Source of the DNA: Candidatus Woesearchaeota archaeon
GTDB lineage: Archaea; Nanobdellota; Nanobdellia; SCGC-AAA011-G17; JACPNG01
DNA length: 64,000 nucleotides
Assembly: GCA_016185615.1 (NCBI GenBank)
Contig: JACPNE010000002.1
Coordinates: 5,253-69,252 of the forward strand
Reading direction: 5' to 3'
Under the pieces are notes generated by a model. It saw nothing but the letters and a program-made list of their open reading frames with translations. It was not told the origin of the DNA and made no database searches. The stretch's first letter is position 1. Every line of letters begins with the position of its first letter. Below are positions 26,266 to 34,158 of this stretch, in pieces. Both the position numbers and the translations under genes were made by a program.

Positions 26266-26571
26266 ATGGGATCAAAATTAAAGTTCATGCTAATTACAAT
26301 ATTTGGATTAACTTCAGTACTAGGAGTTATATTTACGAGCTTATTGATCCATGAAGGAATTCATATCTTACAATTAGGAGAAGCAGAAAGCATTTGTTAT
26401 GACATGCAACAGGATACATTTATGCATGTCTCTCATGATTTAAACAAAGTATACAATGGAAAAATAATTTATAATGAGAATATAGGTTACTGGGAAAAAC
26501 AGGCAGTTATAGGGGAAAATATCTTTTTAGTGTTATTAAGTATGTTGATGGGTTTTATTTTAAGAAGATAA
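26266..26571 (+). CDS. Small two-TM membrane protein with HExxH motif
   Basis: 'LLIHEGIHILQ' lies directly after the first TM helix, and a second TM is at the C-terminus. 101 aa. Confidence 0.45.
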   Translation: MGSKLKFMLITIFGLTSVLGVIFTSLLIHEGIHILQLGEAESICYDMQQDTFMHVSHDLNKVYNGKIIYNENIGYWEKQAVIGENIFLVLLSMLMGFILRR

Positions 26572-26594
26572 AATAATGTGGGGGGGGTGTAACA

Positions 26595-26783
26595 ATGAAT
26601 AATCTAAGTAATTATTTAATCGAGATGAAGGGTGTTTCGAGTAGCTTGATAGAAGAGACAGATTTTTGTAGACAATATATACTTTCAAGAATTAGTAAAA
26701 TAATAACAAGTTCAACCCATACATCTATAGAAAAATTGAATCTTATCACACAATTTGAGGGGGGGTGTAGTTTTGCTAGATAA
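26595..26783 (+). CDS. Hypothetical 62-aa protein
   Basis: ATG preceded by a G8 tract plus TGTAACA (SD-like). No family recognised. Confidence 0.35.
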   Translation: MNNLSNYLIEMKGVSSSLIEETDFCRQYILSRISKIITSSTHTSIEKLNLITQFEGGCSFAR

Positions 26784-26799
26784 TATTACTAGAATATGA

Positions 26800-26841
26800 C
26801 TGTTTCACATTGTTTCAAGAACAAATTAAGTATCTGAAACA
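26800..26841 (+). promoter_or_regulatory. Second exact copy of the 42-bp TGTTTCA/TATA/TGAAACA element
   Basis: CTGTTTCACATTGTTTCAAGAACAAATTAAGTATCTGAAACA is identical to 24005-24046. In both copies ATAATG follows exactly 16 nt downstream. Confidence 0.55.
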
Positions 26842-26890
26842 GTCCTTATTCAAATTATAATGGGCACTATATCAACTGGGGGTGACAAAA

Positions 26891-28453
26891 ATGAAAATGA
26901 ACAAATTTAGTGCAATTATTTCAATATTAATTATTGTAGCTTTACCCTTAGTTATAGCACAAGGAGTAAATGATACAATAAATGATAGCTTGGGAAACAA
27001 CACAATGAATGAATTGAATAATATGAGCAACAATACACAGACATTAAATGATACAAGCACTTTAAACAATAATAGTAATGATACTTTCAACGATACCTTA
27101 GACGAAAGTGATGAAATATTGGAAGAAGATTTGATGAATGATTCGGAATTGGAAAATGATTCTGATAATGAAAGTGTACAAACTATGGATGAGGAAGTAA
27201 CTTCAACAAATTTAGGATTCCGTCAATTAGGAGAAGCATTAAATGATTTTATGTTTAATCTTCAATCAGCTTTTACATTTAGGGAAGAATCAAAATTGGA
27301 GTTACTTCAGGATAGGGTAGAAGAATTAAGAGTACGTCAACAAGAATGGGTTGAATTAAAACAACAAGCATTAATTAAATTTGATAGTGAGGAATCTGAC
27401 GCAGAGGAGAAACAGGATGTTTTAGATAGACTTAAAGAAAAACATAATGACATAATAAAAGATTATGTTGAAGTCATCTATGATTTAAATACAATTAAGG
27501 TTGAAGCAAGGGAAGATGGAGAAATAGATATAGAACAAAGAGCAAATAATTTCGCATTAGGAATAGAAGATTCTGATCTTTCACTTGGATTAAATACTAA
27601 TAGTGAAGCTGATTTAGCAGAAGAGATAGATAATGAATCAACAAGTGAAACTAGTGTTTCTGCTCAAGAGGCTATAGAAATTGCTGAAGATGAGTTTGAT
27701 TTTGATGCAACTAGCGTTACTGAAAGGGAGATGAATGGTCGATTAGTTTATCTCGTTGAAGGAACCAGAAGTGATACCTTTGGAACAACAGAATTAGATG
27801 GAATATATCAAGTATTAATTGATGCAAATACTGGAATTATCTCGTCTGTCAATATTAATATAGATATAGCATCAGGAGAGACTATAGAAAATGATTCATT
27901 AGGCATTGATAATCAAACAGCCAGTAATCAAACAACTAATCAAACAACTGGTAATCAGTCTATTGGTAATCAATCCAGAACAATGAATGAATCAAGAACA
28001 AATAGAACTGATAACAGAACTGAAGCTGGGGGGGAGGTAGAAGAAGACATTGAAATTAGAATTAATGGAAATATCAACTTTTCAGAAGAAGATGAAGAAA
28101 TGCTTAGGGATTTAGTTGAAGATTTTATAGAGTCAACTAATGAGGCAAAAATTGCAATAGAGGTTGATAAAGATGGGGGAGCAATTTCAATTGCAAGCAG
28201 TATAGCTGGAGATTTAACCTCTGAACAAGAGGGGAGATGGGATGAGATACAAGAAGAGATAAGATCATTAGTGAGTGAATTTTCAAGTGTCCAACTTAGG
28301 ATAGAAGCAGAGAGAGAATTTAGTGGAGAGTCTAACCAAACTAGTTCAAGCAGAGCAAGTGCTAGTGCCAGAAGTGAAAGTGAGAATGAAACTGCTAATG
28401 CTAGAGCAAGGAGTGAAGCTAGAAGTGAAAGCAGTTCAAGTAGTGACTATTAA
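26891..28453 (+). CDS. Secreted PepSY-domain protein with two N-glycosylation-sequon-rich linkers and a Ser/Ala/Arg/Glu low-complexity tail
   Basis: SD GGGGGTGA precedes the ATG at 26891, so the track GTG at 26882 is less likely. Signal peptide 'FSAIISILIIVALPLVIAQG'. PepSY-like 'SAQEAIEIAEDEF...MNGRLVYLVEG...YQVLIDANTGIISSV'. Confidence 0.65.
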   Translation: MKMNKFSAIISILIIVALPLVIAQGVNDTINDSLGNNTMNELNNMSNNTQTLNDTSTLNNNSNDTFNDTLDESDEILEEDLMNDSELENDSDNESVQTMDEEVTSTNLGFRQLGEALNDFMFNLQSAFTFREESKLELLQDRVEELRVRQQEWVELKQQALIKFDSEESDAEEKQDVLDRLKEKHNDIIKDYVEVIYDLNTIKVEAREDGEIDIEQRANNFALGIEDSDLSLGLNTNSEADLAEEIDNESTSETSVSAQEAIEIAEDEFDFDATSVTEREMNGRLVYLVEGTRSDTFGTTELDGIYQVLIDANTGIISSVNINIDIASGETIENDSLGIDNQTASNQTTNQTTGNQSIGNQSRTMNESRTNRTDNRTEAGGEVEEDIEIRINGNINFSEEDEEMLRDLVEDFIESTNEAKIAIEVDKDGGAISIASSIAGDLTSEQEGRWDEIQEEIRSLVSEFSSVQLRIEAEREFSGESNQTSSSRASASARSESENETANARARSEARSESSSSSDY

Positions 28454-28507
28454 ACTTTAACTCAATTAATTTATCTTTTCTTTTTTTATTTATCTTTGGA
28501 GGATAAA

Positions 28508-29236
28508 ATGAAGAAGAGGTTTTTAAAATGGAAACAAGAAATGAAACTATCTATTAAAAAAGAATTAAATAATGAGAAGTATATTCATAATATCGCACTT
28601 GGAGCAAGTGTTGGAACATTTATCTCTACAATTCCCACACCAGGAATTAATATTCTACTTGCATTATTAATATCATCCATACTTAAAATATTCGGAAAAT
28701 CAATGAGTTTATGGGCTGTTTTTGCATCTTTTGCTTTTTGGAATCCAATAGTGCAATTTCCCATTTATATAGGAAGTATGACTATTGGTTATCTTTTATT
28801 TCAGAGACCATTTCCACAGGATTTACTATCATTTGAGATGATAAAAAACTTTTCTATTCAATATTTTATTGGAGCATTTATATTAGCTTTAATTATATCT
28901 CCACTTTCTTATTTTTTAGTAATAAGAATTTTAAAATTGTATAATAAAAGATCAGATACAACTAACTATGATAAAAGTTTTAATACATTTACTATTTCAA
29001 AAATTAAATTATTACTTTTTATTATTGTTATAACCTCTTTACCATTAGTTTCCGCTTTGAATATAGGCTCACAGTCATCCCACAAGACTTATTCAGATGA
29101 TTCAGATATATTAACAACTAATAATAACATTAATACAAAGTTATCTGATGTTAAGAATTTACTTAGTTACTTAAATTATTTTAATACTACAAAAGAAAAA
29201 ATATCATCAATATTAAATCAGGATAATAATGAGTAG
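28508..29236 (+). CDS. Polytopic membrane protein, DUF2062-like
   Basis: 'NIALGASVGTFISTIPTPGINILLALLIS' resembles the DUF2062 core. GGAGG lies 5 nt before the ATG at 28508, so the track TTG at 28496 is less likely. Confidence 0.5.
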   Translation: MKKRFLKWKQEMKLSIKKELNNEKYIHNIALGASVGTFISTIPTPGINILLALLISSILKIFGKSMSLWAVFASFAFWNPIVQFPIYIGSMTIGYLLFQRPFPQDLLSFEMIKNFSIQYFIGAFILALIISPLSYFLVIRILKLYNKRSDTTNYDKSFNTFTISKIKLLLFIIVITSLPLVSALNIGSQSSHKTYSDDSDILTTNNNINTKLSDVKNLLSYLNYFNTTKEKISSILNQDNNE

Positions 29237-29293
29237 AATATTTACATCATATATAAAGTAAGAATATAGTAAAATCTATTTTGGGGTGAGTTT

Positions 29294-29422
29294 ATGGCAT
29301 CAAGCGTTACATTGGGAATAATAAGCATAATCTTTGGAATAGCAGTAATAGCATTTCCAAAATTTTTGAGATTTATCATTGGATTGTATTTTATACTCAG
29401 TGGAATACTCATTTTAGTATAA
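29294..29422 (+). CDS. 42-aa two-helix membrane peptide (absent from ORF track)
   Basis: 'MASSVTLGIISIIFGIAVIAFPKFLRFIIGLYFILSGILILV' preceded by TTGGGGTGAGTTT. Confidence 0.4.
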   Translation: MASSVTLGIISIIFGIAVIAFPKFLRFIIGLYFILSGILILV

Positions 29423-29469
29423 TCTATGATTAAAAACCTTTATATATTTAATAATATAATTAAAATTCA

Positions 29470-29910
29470 ATGGATAACGACAATAAGATGCTTATATTGG
29501 CTGTTGTAGTTGTTGTAGCATTGGGATTCTTAGGGTTTGTATTTGGTGATTTGACTGGATATGCTACTAGAGATAGCAATGAAAAAATATTAACAAGATT
29601 TTATATATCATCTAATCCAGATATTATTGAAGAGTTTAATCCTACAATTGGAGCAAGTGATTTTGTTTATTTTACAGTTGAAGTTGGAAGTGCAGGAGTA
29701 AATGATCAGATTTCTTTTTATGAAGTAGACGGATTGAATGAAAGAAGAAGATCCCAAACATATATTGGATGTACTGGATATATATGCAGGCCAAACAGAG
29801 TTGAAGTAAAGAAATATAAAATTCCATCTTCATGGGAAGGAGAATACTGTGCTAAGGTTTATGACAGGGAATTTGCTGAAGATGTTAAAACTTGTTTCTT
29901 TGTAGAATAA
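29470..29910 (+). CDS. TM-anchored small extracytoplasmic 4-Cys domain protein (paralog of 52185-52655)
   Basis: N-terminus 'MDNDNKMLILAVVVVVALGFLGFVF' and C-terminus 'GC.GYICR...CAKVYDREFAEDVKTCFFVE' align with the 52185 ORF. Confidence 0.5.
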   Translation: MDNDNKMLILAVVVVVALGFLGFVFGDLTGYATRDSNEKILTRFYISSNPDIIEEFNPTIGASDFVYFTVEVGSAGVNDQISFYEVDGLNERRRSQTYIGCTGYICRPNRVEVKKYKIPSSWEGEYCAKVYDREFAEDVKTCFFVE

Positions 29911-29912
29911 AT

Positions 29913-31085
29913 TTAATATTTGATTCTATTAGCGTTGAAGTACAAAAGAGTAACTAATGCTGCTATCACAAAACTGATACTAAAGAATTGTTCTATCTTC
30001 ATTAAGTATGAGATTAACATAAGTAACGGTAGGAAGAAAATACGTGAAAAATTATATAAGAAGTCCTGACTGATTATAAATAAGCTTTTACTTTTAGTTT
30101 TTCTTGATATGTCATAAAACTGGCTTGACCAAGAAACCATAAGTCCATTATTAACTATATTTCCTAGAATATGATTTCCTGATATGAGTAATATACCCAT
30201 TATAAAAGTTCTAGATAACCATATAACAGAAGAGATAATTGCTGTCAATGATAATAATCTTTCTCTAAATCCTGAATCACTCAAATAACCAACTAAGTAA
30301 GTAGTTATTAACCCAGCTAATAATCCTAATGAAATAATACCTCCAAAATTTCTAATATTCTCAATGTTAATGAATATGAATAGTGGCCATATTATTCTTC
30401 CAACCATTGTTACGGAAGCATATCCAATCGAAGATAATGAGTAGGGTAAAATTTTTTTATCTTTAAGAATGATGAATAAAGATTTTGTGCTCAATTCACC
30501 AACAATTTTTCTTTCTGGAAAGAATAACAATGGAATTATCATCAAAAATAAGATTAAAACACCAACATTGAATGTAAATTTAAAACCAAACAAACTTATT
30601 AATGTACCACCTATGAATGGAGCACTAAATTGGACTAATTGACCAACCATATTTCTAAATCCAACTTCTCTTCCAACATATTTTTTATCAAAAACACTGG
30701 AAAAATTAATATGATACCCTGAGTTGAAGAATATTCTATTTAGTGTTAAAAAAAGAGGAAGAATATAAAATAGAATTGGATATGAGTCTATATAATTTAG
30801 TCCAAGATAATATATAACTAAAAAAGGAATACTAAGAATAATCATTTTCTTGTCAGTAAGTCTTTTTATTAATGGGAGTAGTAATAATAAGAATGATACA
30901 AAGTATAATGCATCTATAAAATAAAAATATAAAATTCTATGAATTTCAAATCCCAATTCCCAGAAATAAATTGGAACAAATATACTAATTAATCCCTGTG
31001 CTAGATTAGAGAGTGCGAGAATAATATAAAGAGAATCTATTTCTCTGTTTCTGAAAAAATGAAAATGTTCTCTATCAAAAAACAT
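29913..31085 (-). CDS. Major facilitator superfamily-like transporter
   Basis: 390 aa with about 10-12 hydrophobic helices in two halves. No specific subfamily recognised. Confidence 0.55.
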   Translation of the reverse strand: MFFDREHFHFFRNREIDSLYIILALSNLAQGLISIFVPIYFWELGFEIHRILYFYFIDALYFVSFLLLLLPLIKRLTDKKMIILSIPFLVIYYLGLNYIDSYPILFYILPLFLTLNRIFFNSGYHINFSSVFDKKYVGREVGFRNMVGQLVQFSAPFIGGTLISLFGFKFTFNVGVLILFLMIIPLLFFPERKIVGELSTKSLFIILKDKKILPYSLSSIGYASVTMVGRIIWPLFIFINIENIRNFGGIISLGLLAGLITTYLVGYLSDSGFRERLLSLTAIISSVIWLSRTFIMGILLISGNHILGNIVNNGLMVSWSSQFYDISRKTKSKSLFIISQDFLYNFSRIFFLPLLMLISYLMKIEQFFSISFVIAALVTLLYFNANRIKY

Positions 31086-31284
31086 AATACATAAATAATC
31101 TTATTATATTAAAATGTTTTTCTAAATTACTTGAATTATACACAGAATCTGATTATTTGCTGATATTTTCTATCTTATTTTTGAAACTAGATTAGTATTA
31201 TTAGTATAATCCCCATAAATTGAAAATTCAGTACAGAGAGTCTTAATAAGTTAATATTATAAATCCTTTTTTTCTGTTTAGATT

Positions 31285-32958
31285 ATGGAATTTTTGCAGC
31301 ATTTAGTTAGAGAAATAAAAGAAAGAAGAATAGAAGATGTAGATGGAATTCTGAAATTAAGAGACTCATTAGCTAAAGTGTATAAGCCAAGACACCTCCC
31401 ATCTTTGATTCAAATATTATTGAATTCTGATGATCATAATAAAACAAAATTTATCCAAACAAAGCCAGTAAGAACTATCTCTGGGGTTGCTCCAATAGCT
31501 ATAATGACTTATCCAAGAGCATGTGATCATGGAACATGCACATTTTGTCCTGGGGGTCCAAACTCATTTTTTGGTAGTGTTCCAAAAAGCTATACAGGAA
31601 ATGAGCCTGCATCAATGAGGGCTTTGAGGAACAAATTTGATGCTTATCTGCAAGTGTTTAATAGGTTAGAACAATATTCATTGTTAAATCAAGTTCCTGA
31701 GAAAGTTGAATTGATAATAATGGGAGGAACTTTCCCCTCTTATTCTTTAGAATACCAAGATGAATTTATAAAAGATGCATTAAAGGCCATGAATGATTTT
31801 AGTATAATATTCTTTAAAGATGATAAATTTAATTTTGAATATTTTAAGGAATTTTTTGAGTTGCCTTCTGATATTTATTCTAAAGAAAGAATTGAAAGAA
31901 TACATAATAAATTATTAAAATTAAAAGGTTCAACATCCCTAGAAGAAGAACAATTAAGGAATGAAAGAATAAAAATTAGATGTTGTGTCTTAAACATAGA
32001 GACTAAGCCTGATGTATGCAAAGAAAGTCATATCAACCAGTTATTAAACCTTGGAACAACAAGGGTTGAATTAGGAATACAGACACTAAATAATCATATA
32101 TTAAAAATTACTAATAGGGGGCATACTGTAGAAGACTCAATTAAAGCTACCCAATTATTAAAAGATTCTTTCTTAAAAACATGTTACCATATGATGCAAG
32201 GACTTCCAGACTCGACAAAGGAAGAAGACATAAATAATTTCAAAGAAATATTCTCAAATCAGGATTACAAGCCAGATGCACTAAAAGTTTATCCTTGTAT
32301 GGTCATGCCTGGCACCCCATTGTATGAACAATACAAAAAAGGATTGTTCAAACCAATTAATACTAAAGAAGCTGCTGAAATCATAATTGAAGGAAAAAAA
32401 TTTATTCCAAAATACTGCAGAGTTATGAGAATACAGAGAGATATTCCGACAAAAGTAACAATAGATGGAGTAAATATAACAAACTTCAGACAATATGTTC
32501 ATGAGATCATGCAAAGAAGAGGAATGCAATGTAATTGTATAAGATGCAGAGAGCCGAAGAATAGAGAAATTGATTTTGATAGCATAAAAATGATTAGAGA
32601 AAATTATGAAGCCTCTAATGGGAATGAAATTTTTATCTCAATGGAAGATACTAAAAATGATATTTTACTTGGATTTATAAGATTAAGAATCCCCTATAAA
32701 CCATTCAGAAGAGAAATAACAAATAATTCAGCAGGAATAAGAGAGTTACATGTTTATGGGAAAGCGATTCCTTTGGGAGAACAAGGCAAAATACAACACA
32801 AGGGCATTGGAAAACAATTGTTAAATGAAGCAGAAAAAATAGCTATAGAAGAATTTGACATTAATAAAATGCTAGTTATTTCCGGAATTGGCGTAAAAGA
32901 ATATTTCTCAAGATTTAATTATAATAAAGATGGCCCATACATGTCAAAACTTCTATAG
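31285..32958 (+). CDS. elp3: Elp3-type radical SAM/GNAT tRNA-modifying enzyme
   Basis: Radical-SAM Cys cluster 'CDHGTCTFCPGG', 'ELGIQT', and a C-terminal GNAT 'QHKGIGKQLLNEAEKIA'. Confidence 0.9.
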   Translation: MEFLQHLVREIKERRIEDVDGILKLRDSLAKVYKPRHLPSLIQILLNSDDHNKTKFIQTKPVRTISGVAPIAIMTYPRACDHGTCTFCPGGPNSFFGSVPKSYTGNEPASMRALRNKFDAYLQVFNRLEQYSLLNQVPEKVELIIMGGTFPSYSLEYQDEFIKDALKAMNDFSIIFFKDDKFNFEYFKEFFELPSDIYSKERIERIHNKLLKLKGSTSLEEEQLRNERIKIRCCVLNIETKPDVCKESHINQLLNLGTTRVELGIQTLNNHILKITNRGHTVEDSIKATQLLKDSFLKTCYHMMQGLPDSTKEEDINNFKEIFSNQDYKPDALKVYPCMVMPGTPLYEQYKKGLFKPINTKEAAEIIIEGKKFIPKYCRVMRIQRDIPTKVTIDGVNITNFRQYVHEIMQRRGMQCNCIRCREPKNREIDFDSIKMIRENYEASNGNEIFISMEDTKNDILLGFIRLRIPYKPFRREITNNSAGIRELHVYGKAIPLGEQGKIQHKGIGKQLLNEAEKIAIEEFDINKMLVISGIGVKEYFSRFNYNKDGPYMSKLL

Positions 32959-32993
32959 AAATCTATTTATACTAAAAATCTATTAGTCATCTA

Positions 32994-33263
32994 ATGGTAG
33001 AGTTGGGTGGAAGTATAAAATTAGAGGGTTTTGATTCAGTAGATTCTGGTTCTTTAATTATAGTTAAGAAGATAGTTGGAAATTATACAAAAAAGGTAAT
33101 GAATAATAATGCTGACTATAAAGGATTAACTATATCGTTAAATAATTCTGAAGCTTATGAAATAAAAGCAGAACTAATGTTGGGGGATAAAACCCATAAT
33201 TCAGAGTCTAAAGGTAGTAATATATTCATGGCTCTAAATGATGTCCTTACTAATCTCCCTTAA
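32994..33263 (+). CDS. Hypothetical protein; weak resemblance to RaiA/HPF-type ribosome-associated factor
   Basis: 89 aa with a beta-alpha-beta-beta-beta-alpha-like pattern, and 'NIFMALNDVLTNL' recalls the HPF C-terminal helix. Weak. Confidence 0.3.
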   Translation: MVELGGSIKLEGFDSVDSGSLIIVKKIVGNYTKKVMNNNADYKGLTISLNNSEAYEIKAELMLGDKTHNSESKGSNIFMALNDVLTNLP

Positions 33264-33366
33264 TATAGGCTTTGTATAAAAAAGCTCAATGACCTATGCG
33301 AAGGACTTTATTAATAAAGGGATTTAGTATAATAATCTATAAATAATAAGCATTATTTCTTTCAAA

Positions 33367-34158
33367 ATGAAAGGTTTAGATCTCAAAAAACCTTTGGTCG
33401 TTATTGATCTTGAAACGACTGGTTTGAACAAACAAGAAGATAGAATTGTAGATATATTTATTATAAAAATTCATCCTAATGGAAAACAAGAAACATTAAA
33501 ATCTCTTATTAATCCAACCATTCCTATTCTTCTTGAATCTACACAAATTCATGGAATAAAAGATGAAGATGTTAAGGATAAACCCACGTTTAAGGAGTTT
33601 TCTAATAAGATAGTTGATTTTATAGCCGATTGTGATTTATGTGGATATGAATTGAGATTTGATTTAGAAATTCTTGAATTGGAGTTTAAAAGGATAGGGG
33701 TTGATTATTCAAAAGAAGGAAGAGTTATACTGGATGTAAAACAAATTTATTTTAAATTAGAGCCAAGAGATTTAAGTTCCGCATATCGAAAATACTGTGG
33801 GAAAGAACTAGAAAAGAACCATAGAGCAGAGAATGATGTTAAAGCCACAATTGAAGTACTTGAAGCCCAATTAAAAAAATATAATGAATTACCTCGTGAT
33901 ATAAATGCATTACAAAATTTTGTAGCCCCTAGAAATCCATCATATATTGATGAAGAAGGGAAATTTATATGGTATAATGGGAAAGCAACTATAAATTTTG
34001 GAACACATCAAGGAAAAACACTTGAATTCTTATCGAATAATGAACAGGATTATTTAAGATGGCTTACGACTGCAGATTTTTCTTCTGAAGTTAAACTTAT
34101 TGTGAATGAAGCTATTGATGGGAAATTTCCGAAACCTGACTTAAATGAAAATGACTGA
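33367..34158 (+). CDS. DEDDh 3'-5' exonuclease (DnaQ/ExoX-like) with ExoX-like C-terminal domain
   Basis: ExoI 'VVIDLETTGL', ExoII 'DFIADCDLCGYELRFD', ExoIII 'HRAENDVKAT'. C-terminal 'FGTHQGKTLEFL...YLRWL'. Confidence 0.8.
   Translation: MKGLDLKKPLVVIDLETTGLNKQEDRIVDIFIIKIHPNGKQETLKSLINPTIPILLESTQIHGIKDEDVKDKPTFKEFSNKIVDFIADCDLCGYELRFDLEILELEFKRIGVDYSKEGRVILDVKQIYFKLEPRDLSSAYRKYCGKELEKNHRAENDVKATIEVLEAQLKKYNELPRDINALQNFVAPRNPSYIDEEGKFIWYNGKATINFGTHQGKTLEFLSNNEQDYLRWLTTADFSSEVKLIVNEAIDGKFPKPDLNEND

Noticed and set aside
31191-31209. Short tandem ATTAGTAT(T/A) duplication in the MFS-elp3 divergent spacer
   Set aside because: It is only 8-9 bp of low-complexity AT-rich sequence, which is too weak to separate from chance.
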